Below are positions 16,742 to 26,911 of a DNA stretch of 39,051 nt, piece after piece (within the stretch, counting starts at the first letter, position 1; the number at the start of each line of letters is the position of its first letter). Below the pieces are notes generated by a model that did not search any database, was not told the DNA's origin, and saw nothing but the letters and a program-made list of their open reading frames with translations. The stretch is from a virus. Its lineage: Duplodnaviria > Caudoviricetes. A program made the translations under genes and the position numbers. The stretch covers positions 1 to 39,051 of the IMG/VR virus record IMGVR_UViG_3300022697_000204; one strand, written 5' to 3'.

Positions 16742-19033
16742 ATGACAATCCCCACCATCACCAACGGTGAAATCATAAGCGGTGGCAGATTCTTTGTCAT
16801 CGAAAGCGACATGGTCTTACCGGCTGTCCCGACCGTTGCAAACACGGGCTCCAAGATGCCGGTCTTCGTCGCCAGCGGCGGAGCTGTGACCGTCGCTACC
16901 GATGGCGTCTCAGGCGGGTACATCGTTTGGCAAGTTGGCTCTCGGGTTTGTTACGGGCTGTCGAGGGTGGTCGGCATCAGCGAAGACGTTGACGTGACAA
17001 TTGCCGCCGCCGCCTTGACGCACATCGGCGACAACAGCCCGAGCTATTCCAAGACCGCAATCACCATTCGGAACGCCCAGCCATTTGCCAACTTGAGCGA
17101 TACCGATCCGGGGTCCGCCAGATGGGGTACCGTCACAGAATGGCACCAGTACTGGGTGCCCTTTAATGTCCTAGCCGACTTAACCATGTCGACCGAAGGG
17201 TCTACCGTGGTTGGGGGCTACTGGGACACTAGCGGGTTCCCGAAGGGTTCGTCCGGTGTTGAAAGCACCATCTTAATCAACGGTTCGCAGGCGGGCAGAA
17301 CCTCATTAGGCACGCTGCGTCTGGCGTGGCAAGGTGGGGCCGCTATCGATTCGAGTTCCGCGTCCTTTTACACTGCTTCCGGCACATCGGGATCGGTCCA
17401 GACAAGCGGCAACTGGTTCTACGTGGATGTCGACACCTCGACGGCGACAGGGACCATTGGGGTCAAGACCAATAAGTACAACGCGAACGGATTCACTGAT
17501 CTGCGGGTCTTCAATTTAGACGACGTACACGCGACGAATCCCTACGAGACAAAAAATATTTGGTCCACTAAATTTGCGACCACCTACGCAAGCATGGGTG
17601 TGCACCGATTCATGGCTGGCATGAATAAGGACAACGTGCACGGTTTGGGAAACGTGGCCAAGGCATCGGACTCGGTCTACACAAGACTGGGTAAAGCTCA
17701 ATTCAACGGCGTGTCAGTTCCGGAAGTGATCTCCCTGAAGCGGGTAACTGATCTCAGCAATTGGGGCAAGGCCGTCAACGATAAAAGCGAAACGATCCTT
17801 GAGTGCGTCACCGATATCGCTCACGGGCAATCCACAGGCGACACACTCAAAAATGACATCACTTACAAGCTCGGCGAACCAACCGGTGTGACAACTGCGA
17901 TAACTGATGTCGGCGTCATCTACGTGGTCAACACGACGACGTTCCAGATTCTCGTCAACGGCACGCCAACGGTTTCAACCACAAGCCAAACGCTAGACAC
18001 CGCCTCACCCTTACTCCCCGGTCTGCCACCCATGCACCCCGAGGATGCTGTCGAAATCTGTAACGGTGTAGGTATCCGCTGCTGGTACTGCATCCCGCCT
18101 CATTGGTCGGATGCGGATATCGATGCGGTTGGCGACGCCTTGACCGCAGCGACCCAACCCGTCTATATCGAGATTTCAAACGAAGCCTGGAACGGATCAT
18201 TTTCCCAACTGGATTATTTCGGAATGGTACAAGCTGCAAATGTAGAGCTGACCACCGAACGGGACGGCTACGCCTTTGAGGCCAACCGGGTCTTCGTTCG
18301 CATCCGAGCTAGGTTTGCATTGGCGGGCAAAGAGACCGACGCAATCAGGGTTCTAGGTGGCCAAGCCGCTGCGCAAGGGGTCGGCGATAGCCTGGTCGCT
18401 ATATCCATTACCGAAGGCTACGTGTTTGATGCATACGCGGTGGCACCATACCAGCACTTTGACGATCGGTTTAATAATACGGATCAGTACATCGGACTAA
18501 CAGATGGGACAAATGTATTTTCCGAGGATACAGACACTTGGGTAGAGGCTGAGCTGACCGGTGCAGACGTTGCATCATTCTCCGACTGGTACGCTCAAGA
18601 CAGTTTCATCCTGACGACCGGTGATATCTACGCCGCCAGAGATCTGGTTGACAACAACCCCGCCATCTTCGTTTTGGGTCACCTTTACGCTTACGAATCT
18701 GGGTACGAGAAGGTCACCAAAGGCGATACGACCGGCTTGCAGGCCCTATCGACAGCCGCATTGGTGCACGATTGGATGGCCTGGGCGACCCTAAGCACCT
18801 ATCAACAAATGCGAGATGTGCCGTTTGAAGTGATCTGCTGGTTCGATATAGCCAGAGTGGATAACGCCAGCGACGGTTTCGCGTTTGGTATTTACCATGA
18901 CCAGACGCTCACGCCGCACGCCAAAGGGCAAGCGTTCCTAGATATGGCTACCCCTGCTGGAGGATCTCCGCCGCCAGCAGGCTCGATCTCCAGCGGCTCA
19001 CTTGGCCCACAAATCGGCCCAAAAATCGGTTAA
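16742..19033 (+). CDS. Putative glycoside hydrolase (clan GH-A-like barrel) with N-terminal beta-rich domain
   Basis: WYCIP, YIEISNEAWN (acid/base NE), AVAPY, LYAYESG (nucleophile-like E); C-terminal PPP linker plus LGPQIGPKIG. Confidence 0.65.
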   Translation: MTIPTITNGEIISGGRFFVIESDMVLPAVPTVANTGSKMPVFVASGGAVTVATDGVSGGYIVWQVGSRVCYGLSRVVGISEDVDVTIAAAALTHIGDNSPSYSKTAITIRNAQPFANLSDTDPGSARWGTVTEWHQYWVPFNVLADLTMSTEGSTVVGGYWDTSGFPKGSSGVESTILINGSQAGRTSLGTLRLAWQGGAAIDSSSASFYTASGTSGSVQTSGNWFYVDVDTSTATGTIGVKTNKYNANGFTDLRVFNLDDVHATNPYETKNIWSTKFATTYASMGVHRFMAGMNKDNVHGLGNVAKASDSVYTRLGKAQFNGVSVPEVISLKRVTDLSNWGKAVNDKSETILECVTDIAHGQSTGDTLKNDITYKLGEPTGVTTAITDVGVIYVVNTTTFQILVNGTPTVSTTSQTLDTASPLLPGLPPMHPEDAVEICNGVGIRCWYCIPPHWSDADIDAVGDALTAATQPVYIEISNEAWNGSFSQLDYFGMVQAANVELTTERDGYAFEANRVFVRIRARFALAGKETDAIRVLGGQAAAQGVGDSLVAISITEGYVFDAYAVAPYQHFDDRFNNTDQYIGLTDGTNVFSEDTDTWVEAELTGADVASFSDWYAQDSFILTTGDIYAARDLVDNNPAIFVLGHLYAYESGYEKVTKGDTTGLQALSTAALVHDWMAWATLSTYQQMRDVPFEVICWFDIARVDNASDGFAFGIYHDQTLTPHAKGQAFLDMATPAGGSPPPAGSISSGSLGPQIGPKIG

Positions 19034-19299
19034 TACAGAAAAACGATATCGTTCGCATCAGGGGCGGTGGATCCCGTGTTGTGACGAGCACCTGTCGCCC
19101 GGACCGGGATTACCGATCCGACTACCGCCCCGAGGAACGTAATCCACGCACCGCCAACGTGGAAGGCGTAGCTATCGCCCGACCCAATGTAAACGGCCTT
19201 ACAGGGGGTGTGCGTGGTGATGTTGTCCGTGATGCTGATGGCGTTGTCGGCACCCGTAGTCTGTTTAAAGCCTGATGCGGCGTCGGCTGGTTCTACCAT
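19030..19299 (-). CDS. Head-spike base protein, RcGTA Rcc01079-like
   Basis: 89 aa with the pattern A.SIT...KAVYIG.G...ITF..A..GSVIPV...TG.TA...IVFLY, recognised from memory of the family. Confidence 0.65.
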   Translation of the reverse strand: MVEPADAASGFKQTTGADNAISITDNITTHTPCKAVYIGSGDSYAFHVGGAWITFLGAVVGSVIPVRATGARHNTGSTAPDANDIVFLY

Positions 19300-20015
19300 T
19301 AGACTATCCCTTTAACAAATGACACGATGTCGTATTTTCCATCTGCTTGATTATAGTACGCTGTGAGGTAATCCGTTGTATTGATGGCCGTCGAGAGCAC
19401 AATGCTCACCCCCACGTCCGACGCGATCCGGAAGGCACCCCCCAGCGTCAAGAGCCGAGACCCGACCCCGTCTTGCTTGATCCGCCAAACAACTCGCTGC
19501 GAGAATCCCGAAAGGGGAGGCTCAGTCGGATTTGATAGAGTGAAGTCGTCAGCAGCGGCAACATCAAACAAGGAGCCGACCGATAAATCAGTGGCGACCG
19601 CACCGCCCACAACGGCTAACGCTGTGGCTTGCTTGAGCCGTTCCGCCTTATCAATAAGGTCATTCAAGTATATAGAGACGATCGCCAACTTGTCGGCGGA
19701 GTTCTCAAGCTGCTGCTCGCTAACACCTCCAACAACAGGGTAGTTCGTCTCCTGTTTAAGATCCGGAATTCGCTCCCGCAATAAGGACTCTGTAGCCCCA
19801 GGGGCCACTACCATCGTTACGTTGCCGCCGTCAGTTGTGGCGTTAATCGAAACGGAGTAGTTAGTCGGATTGACTAAAAGCGTTTTGTCGCCGTCCGCGT
19901 TAACCAAATTCACAACCATCTGGGAGCTGTTTTGGATTTTAAAGGGGTAGCTAAAAATCAGAACAGCCCCGTCCCCGTCGGTCTGAATAGAGTTATCGGT
20001 ATTCGTGACTGTCAT
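19299..20015 (-). CDS. Short tail fibre / adaptor protein
   Basis: T7 gp17-like N-terminus (MTV...GDG...FSYPFKI) and common phage fibre C-domain (TLSNPT...IKQDGVGSRLLT...LSTA...D). Confidence 0.75.
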   Translation of the reverse strand: MTVTNTDNSIQTDGDGAVLIFSYPFKIQNSSQMVVNLVNADGDKTLLVNPTNYSVSINATTDGGNVTMVVAPGATESLLRERIPDLKQETNYPVVGGVSEQQLENSADKLAIVSIYLNDLIDKAERLKQATALAVVGGAVATDLSVGSLFDVAAADDFTLSNPTEPPLSGFSQRVVWRIKQDGVGSRLLTLGGAFRIASDVGVSIVLSTAINTTDYLTAYYNQADGKYDIVSFVKGIV

Positions 20016-20018
20016 TGA

Positions 20019-23000
20019 TTAGTCCTCATCGAGTCGTTTGTCGACAATATACGGTGACCAGCCCAAGCTCTTCAAAACGCCTCGCTTCACCTCACCGTCT
20101 CCGATGTCTTCGTATCCTTCGTAAATGCTATTCACTTGTTTCGCGGGCACACCGCCCAGTTGCCCGGCGCTCTCAATGATACGCTTCCAGCCCTTCATAA
20201 GCTTCTCGGTGTCGGCATCCCCTGACCCGGCCAAGACATCAAAGACGCCTCGCCAAATCTGATTTGACACCGCAAAGATCGGGTGCTCACTTTCCAAGAA
20301 CCGGAACCGCTCATCGGAGTCGACGATCGCATGGGCTAAGGCTTGGGCGGCGGTGTCGATCACATCCCGAAGTATAAATATACCATTAAGTGCCCCCGTA
20401 ATGGCTGCTCGGAGCTGATCCTCGTTGTCCCACTCGCCAAAATTCGCAATTAGTTGGATCACCTGAGGGATGATGATATGGGTTACCGCAATTTCACGAC
20501 CAAACTCTCGGGCGGTGAGGCGACCCCGAACCAAGTTCCGAATGGTGGAAACCTCAGATCGCAAGAACTGATTCTGGGCGGACGTAAACATTGTAAATAC
20601 GGTGGCGAAGGGCCCGCCCCGTTGAAGGTCAGACAACTGGGATAGGTCAGCGGATTGTTGCGTGTTGGCTACGAACCTTTCGAACTTTTTCGTTGCTTCC
20701 TTCTTGGAGAGTCCCGCCCGAATAGCTTGATCGTAAACAGGGTAGCCCCCCAAAACAACCCCACCAAGATCTCCCATGTGAGTAGGAAGCATGATGAAAT
20801 TGGATATCGTTTGCTTCGCCCCGAATCGTTTGAGCTGGTTTTGGTTTTGGACATCGTTGAGGTCCCTTGTGTTGCGACCACGTCGGGTACGAAGTAGGTC
20901 AGATAACTCAGTCAACTCCGCCAACTCTTTGCGGGGGTTCAAGCCCAATTTTACCCAACTCTGAACCATCTCGATCGGCCCCACTTCGCCTAGGGCGGCG
21001 AACATGGACCCCATTTGGACGACCAGTTGTTTGGGCTTAGCGGCCAACGTGGCAACCGTGAAGTTGTTTTTAAACGTCCGCACCCACCCGTCGTATGCCT
21101 CCGCTCGCGTTCGAGAGTTTCGAGTGAAATCCAAAATGAATTTATCAATGGTCTTTGATGTCCCCAGCCCAAACCGATCAATAATAATCGCCCTGTTCTT
21201 ACGGTCACCAAATACTGCGTTAATGTCTTTGAGCTTGGTATGCCAATGCAACCAATGGACCATAGTTGTTATATGGTGGCTCATCGCGTCGAGATCGCTC
21301 TGAACCCTCATCGGTCGGAAGTTTCGGACTCGTGTTTTCAGGAATGAAGACGAAATCGATCGACGATACCCTTGATCCTCGTGGAAGGACTCGACCGGAT
21401 TCTTACTGACCCCACGGCTCGTCGGACTGTATACCTCATTGAAGGGAAGGTTCGCCCCAAAACTCTCTCTGTATAGCTTGTTAATCGGGATGTACAGACC
21501 CCGATAAAGAGGAAACTGAGCACGAGCAAAGTTCTTGTCCGCCACTGTTAGAAAGTCGTTAAAAAGTGCATCTTGTATCGCAGGCGTGAACCCTTTAATG
21601 TCGACGACCCCCTTGACGTACCCACCTCTCGCGGACTCAAGCGACTCCCGCAACTTAGGGTCTTGGAACTCCATCCATATTTTGCGAACCTCAGCTCGGG
21701 AGAAGTTTAGCGCAACGGTATTTCCCGCAACGTCCACAAACTCACCGTGGTTGATAACCCTCTGGTCATCGAGCATTTTACGAAACGCTTTCTTCTGACT
21801 GTCCACGCCGTATATCTGCTGAACGACCGAGGTAAACCGACGCATAATCCGATCAACGTCACCCTTCTCCTTTTGCTCAAGGGGGCCGACGTCCGTGTAT
21901 GTAGACAAGAAGCTCTCAAATTGCTTGCTACCCCTATCGAATTGCGATAGCGTGTCCATCAAATGGGTCCATCCGGTGATGGTCTTACCAAATGCCCGCC
22001 CCCATTGCTGGATGCTTTGAATGGCCTGAGGAAGTGGCTTCGCTGTCGGATCAATCGGAGTGTCGCCAATGAGCGAAGTCCGAGCGTTTGCTACAGCCTC
22101 AGCCCGAAGAGCCGTTTCGGCGGCTCGGGTACTAAGGGCTTCGAGCCGTCCTTCCGAAATCAAAAGGTTCAGTCCGTTTTCAATCCGAAGCAACTCAGCG
22201 ACACTGTTCTCCCTGAGACCGGACATCATGTTGATCAAATCATTTTGGGTCGATAGCTCATCGGACAACTCGCCCTCCGGCCCAATCTTGGCCAAGTTTT
22301 CAGCAATGGCTTGCCGCCCCTTAGCGGGAGTCAGCTTCGACGCCGCTGATATTTGATCGAGGCGAGTTTGCACATCAGGCGGAAGTTTGCCCTTACGCTT
22401 ACCGTCCAGGGCTTTGCGTATAGTGCCCAATACCTGCCGTTTGGCACGCTTCTGGTTCGCAGTGTCTATTCGCTTGACGATCCCCGGCAAAGCCGTCTCA
22501 AGCGACGCCTGACTGTTTATCCGGCGGATTGAGCTGATAAACTTCCCCCGCTCTTCAAGCGGCAAGTTTTTATTGATCAAATCAGCCAAAACGCCCTGGG
22601 CAGCTCGTATCTCCTGGCGGGTCAGCTTGACGCCAGCTTGGACCTTTCGGGAAATTGCACCCATAGCTTTTGACGCGGTGGTGAGTATGGAGGCTCGCTT
22701 CCGTACTGGCACACGATCAGTGACGATCGAAACCACTTCAGCATCCAACTTATCGGATCGACGAATTAGGGCCTCAGTCTTTGCATCAACCTTTTCCGTC
22801 GACTTGTCCTCCGCTTCGAGCTGTTCCTTTTCCGCCGCCAGCCGTTCGATTTGACCGGCGATAGTGCTTTGCTCTTGATTTATTTTCTCAACACGCCCCT
22901 CTACAACCACTTGGTCAGAAGCGGTGAAAACCGATGCGGCAGTTGGAGTTTTTCCTCCGGGCTGTGAAGTAGCCACAGGAGCGGGTGTACCTTTGGGCGA

Positions 23001-24461
23001 CCTTGCTTTCTTGGTCGTCTTGATAGACTCGGCAAGGTGGCGTTTTTGGGCAGCAGCGATTTCGTCGGGGGTGGGGCCGATCTCACTAGTAGCATTGACT
23101 TCCCCTTCTGGAAAGACAATCTGACTAATCTCGGCGTCAGATAGCTCCCGTGTAGGGGCGTCCGCTGCTTGGTCACTATCGAGTCGCCGTTTGGCGATCA
23201 AGTTAGCCCCCGCCATCGTCGTAAGCCGTACCCCCGCAGGCAACGCGGTGATGCCCGCTTCGACCAATAACTCCTCCCCATTTGGGAGCGACGCCACCAT
23301 TCGATCGATCATGCTCTCAGGGTTTTCGGCTCCGAAATCTTCGATCCCGGTAACAGCTCGCAGCAAGTCGCCGATACGCTCTTCACCCAGTTCTTCCACG
23401 AAGCCGTTCCATCCGGATTTTGTCCAAAGCTCAACACCCCTTTTCGCCAAATCTGACTTTTCAAATGTCTTCTCCATCGTCCGCTGAAGACCGTGATATC
23501 CAGGGATCAACCGGGTCAATTTACTGACCGCCGCTCCGGTCTCTTCGCTGAACATTTCGATAAACGTGTCGCCAACACCTTTAAGAAGACTGACAACCGG
23601 CTTCTCTGTGGCCTCTTTCCGAACCCGCACACCTGCATCCGTTAAAAAGAAACTGGAGTCAAGCTGCCGCTTCATGGCGGTCTCGGCAGTGAACTGAGGG
23701 AGGACAGCGGTTCGAACGGCGGCCCCTGCCGCGACGCCAATGGTCGACGTAACCACACCACCCATGCGTTGCCCCAATGCTTTCGCCAAGCCCGCCCCGA
23801 CGACTTGTTTCGCACCCTCTTTGCCCGCTGCTGCAAGGCCCCCTGTCAACAAAAACGAAACCATGAATTCCGGAAGCTCTAAGGCACCAGCGGCAATTTT
23901 CCCACCAATCGTTACGCCTCGGACCTGTTCTTCCTGCTTTTGCCGCAGGTACTGATTGACGATGTTAAAGTCCGACTCCCGAGCAAAGAACGATCGATTA
24001 TTAACAGATGCCTCAGGGCCAGCGGCTGCCCGCGTTGCGGGTAAAACAAAACCCGGAAAGGTGAGCCCCTCCGACGTACCCCGAGCGATTCGATCCTGTT
24101 CGTCAATTCGAGCCGCGTCAGCTTGGACCCGCTTAACCGCAGCGAACACACGGGCGGTACTAACCAATCCCGCCAACGGGACAACGTTTAGCCCATTACG
24201 GGCGGTATTCTCAAACGCCCCAATCTTGGGCTGACCTCGGAGATTTGCTGTCTCTTGATCCGAGAGACCAAACCCGGTGAGACCAGTGAACTCGGTCGCC
24301 GACATCGGGAAAGGTATAAAGCCCTGACTGTCTCGCGTCCCCAAAACTTTCGGGACACGATCAACTGTTTGTAGAGCGGCGTCGTCACTGGCCGCTTGCA
24401 CAGCGGGACCAGTTCCGATTTCGGCTTCTTGCACATCATTATTTCGGCTTACTATCGCCAT
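20019..24461 (-). CDS. Large internal virion / DNA ejection protein (gp16-like)
   Basis: About 1480 aa, helical; third of three ejection-type genes; likely start MAIVSR at 24461. Confidence 0.7.
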   Translation of the reverse strand: MAIVSRNNDVQEAEIGTGPAVQAASDDAALQTVDRVPKVLGTRDSQGFIPFPMSATEFTGLTGFGLSDQETANLRGQPKIGAFENTARNGLNVVPLAGLVSTARVFAAVKRVQADAARIDEQDRIARGTSEGLTFPGFVLPATRAAAGPEASVNNRSFFARESDFNIVNQYLRQKQEEQVRGVTIGGKIAAGALELPEFMVSFLLTGGLAAAGKEGAKQVVGAGLAKALGQRMGGVVTSTIGVAAGAAVRTAVLPQFTAETAMKRQLDSSFFLTDAGVRVRKEATEKPVVSLLKGVGDTFIEMFSEETGAAVSKLTRLIPGYHGLQRTMEKTFEKSDLAKRGVELWTKSGWNGFVEELGEERIGDLLRAVTGIEDFGAENPESMIDRMVASLPNGEELLVEAGITALPAGVRLTTMAGANLIAKRRLDSDQAADAPTRELSDAEISQIVFPEGEVNATSEIGPTPDEIAAAQKRHLAESIKTTKKARSPKGTPAPVATSQPGGKTPTAASVFTASDQVVVEGRVEKINQEQSTIAGQIERLAAEKEQLEAEDKSTEKVDAKTEALIRRSDKLDAEVVSIVTDRVPVRKRASILTTASKAMGAISRKVQAGVKLTRQEIRAAQGVLADLINKNLPLEERGKFISSIRRINSQASLETALPGIVKRIDTANQKRAKRQVLGTIRKALDGKRKGKLPPDVQTRLDQISAASKLTPAKGRQAIAENLAKIGPEGELSDELSTQNDLINMMSGLRENSVAELLRIENGLNLLISEGRLEALSTRAAETALRAEAVANARTSLIGDTPIDPTAKPLPQAIQSIQQWGRAFGKTITGWTHLMDTLSQFDRGSKQFESFLSTYTDVGPLEQKEKGDVDRIMRRFTSVVQQIYGVDSQKKAFRKMLDDQRVINHGEFVDVAGNTVALNFSRAEVRKIWMEFQDPKLRESLESARGGYVKGVVDIKGFTPAIQDALFNDFLTVADKNFARAQFPLYRGLYIPINKLYRESFGANLPFNEVYSPTSRGVSKNPVESFHEDQGYRRSISSSFLKTRVRNFRPMRVQSDLDAMSHHITTMVHWLHWHTKLKDINAVFGDRKNRAIIIDRFGLGTSKTIDKFILDFTRNSRTRAEAYDGWVRTFKNNFTVATLAAKPKQLVVQMGSMFAALGEVGPIEMVQSWVKLGLNPRKELAELTELSDLLRTRRGRNTRDLNDVQNQNQLKRFGAKQTISNFIMLPTHMGDLGGVVLGGYPVYDQAIRAGLSKKEATKKFERFVANTQQSADLSQLSDLQRGGPFATVFTMFTSAQNQFLRSEVSTIRNLVRGRLTAREFGREIAVTHIIIPQVIQLIANFGEWDNEDQLRAAITGALNGIFILRDVIDTAAQALAHAIVDSDERFRFLESEHPIFAVSNQIWRGVFDVLAGSGDADTEKLMKGWKRIIESAGQLGGVPAKQVNSIYEGYEDIGDGEVKRGVLKSLGWSPYIVDKRLDED

Positions 24462-26040
24462 TGAGGGCCTTTTGAACTGGAGCCGACAAGTCGTCGTTGA
24501 GAATCGCTTCACCGTTCGGATAAAACCCGACCACGCGGACAAACCCGAAATTCGGATGCTGTGTTATTTGCCCTAATTCGAGTAGAGCTTTGTCTGATTC
24601 GACGGAAAGTAGGAAGTCATCTCGAATCTTGGCCGCCAATATATGTGATTCCTGAACACTGAGCCGCGAACCTTTCTGTCGTTCCATTTCCCCGATACGT
24701 TGCATGAACAGGGTCGACATCGCTGCCTTCGCTTGGGCGATCTCTTGGGGTGTCTCAAGCCATCGCTCAGGGGCACCGACCGCTCCAGTGAACCGGTCGA
24801 TAGGACTAAACCACGCGCTGGCCCCCGCAACGAGCTTACTGTTTAGGTCAGTGACCATGGCCGCAATGTCCTCATTGAACGCGGGTGTAATCATCGACAA
24901 CAAGTTCCTGCCGTCAGCCGATGTAACGTCCCCGTTGGCATGGGCATCAAGGATGCGTTTGCGAATCAGCCCAATTTCCCCGAGTGTGACCTCTTCGCCT
25001 TTGATCACTCGTTTCCCACGCTTCTTTTCAAATGGTAGAAACGAGATAGCAGCCGTTAAGGACAAAACGGTGTCGGCCCGCGTCGTCGGACTCGCCGCCT
25101 TAGCGCTTGTAAACACCGCCATGACGTCCTTAGCGAACCCTGGCGAAATGGCCCCTTGAGCCTGAGCAACAGTCAACGCGACCGGGTCGAGGGTTCCGTC
25201 GAGGGCCTGTTCCGTAAAATCATTCTCGGTCTTACTAATAGCCCGCGTTTTTTGAACCTTTGCAAACGCATCTCGCTTTGCAATTAAGTCGGTGGCAGCT
25301 TTGCGGACATCAGCTTCTTCCGCGGTCGTAAGGATGGCTGACCCAACCACATCGGTCAAAAACTCATCGACTCGGCTAGGATCACCGTCCAGCAAGCCCA
25401 CAACCGCAGCCGTCGTGATCGCCTGCGTTGAGTCTTCACGAAATCCCGTAATGGTCGTGGGGTCGAGGAAACGCGACGATGTGGCGATCGCCTGGTTGGC
25501 CATCTCCAAATTCATAGAGAACTCTTGAAGCTTGTCGTCGAATGACGTCGTCGGTGATGAGAATACGTTGCCGACGTTCTGAGCGATGTCCTCAATCGTC
25601 CCGTTGGTGTTGTCCTCGATACTGGTGATCCGCCGCTTCTCATTACGACTTTGGAACAAATCGAGAGAGCGTTTCTGAACAGCCACCGCCTTTTTTTGGA
25701 ACATGGTCCGGGCTTCGGGGCCAGTGAACAATGCTGACTGCGACTGAATGATATCGTCCGTTGCCGTTAAGAACTCGGCGGACGATCGAGCTGTCTGGGT
25801 CACCGGCTCAAAATCGGCACCGAGTTGGACAGCAGCTCGCCCGGTACCGACCTGATTCGACGCTGTTCGCAGTTCCTTTTCAGCTTTCAGCTTCGCTCGA
25901 TCGTTAGCAACCGAAGCCCCCAGAAAAACGTTCGTGATGCCCGCCACACCTGCCAAAACAGACTCACCCTTGTCCGGACGTACTACGCCAACGACAGACG
26001 ATACGAGTCGCTGACGCCGAAATTCTGGAATTCTAGGCAT
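24439..26040 (-). CDS. Internal virion protein (gp15-like)
   Basis: MPRIP N-terminus, Ala-rich helical composition and position. Confidence 0.7.
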   Translation of the reverse strand: MPRIPEFRRQRLVSSVVGVVRPDKGESVLAGVAGITNVFLGASVANDRAKLKAEKELRTASNQVGTGRAAVQLGADFEPVTQTARSSAEFLTATDDIIQSQSALFTGPEARTMFQKKAVAVQKRSLDLFQSRNEKRRITSIEDNTNGTIEDIAQNVGNVFSSPTTSFDDKLQEFSMNLEMANQAIATSSRFLDPTTITGFREDSTQAITTAAVVGLLDGDPSRVDEFLTDVVGSAILTTAEEADVRKAATDLIAKRDAFAKVQKTRAISKTENDFTEQALDGTLDPVALTVAQAQGAISPGFAKDVMAVFTSAKAASPTTRADTVLSLTAAISFLPFEKKRGKRVIKGEEVTLGEIGLIRKRILDAHANGDVTSADGRNLLSMITPAFNEDIAAMVTDLNSKLVAGASAWFSPIDRFTGAVGAPERWLETPQEIAQAKAAMSTLFMQRIGEMERQKGSRLSVQESHILAAKIRDDFLLSVESDKALLELGQITQHPNFGFVRVVGFYPNGEAILNDDLSAPVQKALNGDSKPK

Positions 26041-26042
26041 AG

Positions 26043-26453
26043 CTAAATCACCGACAAAATTGTATTTGCGGCCCCGCCAATACTACCGAGTAACGCACCT
26101 CGACCTTGCTGCCGAGCAACAGCGGCTTGGGAGCGGCTCTTCGCCTTCTCCGCAGCCCCTCGCCTTTCCACCGATGTTGCGAACTCGTCACCGATATCTC
26201 GTGTCTCTGTGAGAACCAACGACGGGCTACCCGCAAGGGTGACCCCACTTTTCAAAAACCGGAGTTTCTGTTGGGCGGCGTCCTTGCGATTGTTCTCACG
26301 GACCCGAGCCGCTTCGGCGTCAGCCTCTTGCTTCTGCAGTTGCCCCTGCTCTTGAAGCAAGTCCGATTGCTTCTGTGAGGCTTTGTTCGCTGCGATGCCG
26401 CTACCAATGGTCGTTACGGCTGAGATGGCAAGGAGAATGCCGGTTGCACCCAT
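26043..26453 (-). CDS. Internal virion protein (gp14-like)
   Basis: Hydrophobic N-terminus, Q/A-rich coil, SGVTLAGSP motif, G-rich C-terminus. Confidence 0.75.
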   Translation of the reverse strand: MGATGILLAISAVTTIGSGIAANKASQKQSDLLQEQGQLQKQEADAEAARVRENNRKDAAQQKLRFLKSGVTLAGSPSLVLTETRDIGDEFATSVERRGAAEKAKSRSQAAVARQQGRGALLGSIGGAANTILSVI

Positions 26454-26911
26454 TATGTAGTCCTCGCGTAAAGGCGGAAATCGCGTTGATCCCATGTGAA
26501 CTTACGACGAAGCCCCTCAGGCGCAAAGCCTAAAAACTCCATCCATTTAGCATGGGCTTCATCATCCAGACAAGTCGTTTCCATTCGATGATACTTAAAG
26601 GTCTTCATGATCGCTGTCATATACCGCTTGGCGGAACGGAGATAGACGATCGGGTGGTCATGGATGTGGACGGTCGGAAACATCCACCCCTCCGCCACAC
26701 CCGGCCAATGATCGAAAAACCCCGCACAGCAAAGGATCCGGCCTTTGAAACTGAAGGTACCGGCGAACTTGCTACCGTCCGCAAAAGCTTGAAGCCGAGC
26801 CGGATAATCACTAAGTCCCGAGATGTGACCAATCTCAGAAGGATCGGTTTCCACAACGTCTAAATGTTCCGGTCTGAACGGAATCACTTTAAGTATTGTC
26901 TGTGTCGCCAT
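26453..26911 (-). CDS. GNAT-fold protein (T7 gp13-like)
   Basis: CCAG...WPGVAEGW...KWMEFLGF.PEG pattern; located after tail tube B. Confidence 0.75.
   Translation of the reverse strand: MATQTILKVIPFRPEHLDVVETDPSEIGHISGLSDYPARLQAFADGSKFAGTFSFKGRILCCAGFFDHWPGVAEGWMFPTVHIHDHPIVYLRSAKRYMTAIMKTFKYHRMETTCLDDEAHAKWMEFLGFAPEGLRRKFTWDQRDFRLYARTT

Noticed and set aside
15050-19033. Invertase-driven shufflon for the + strand cassette
   Set aside because: No recombinase gene or flanking inverted repeats were seen, and the right junction is a shared stop codon.
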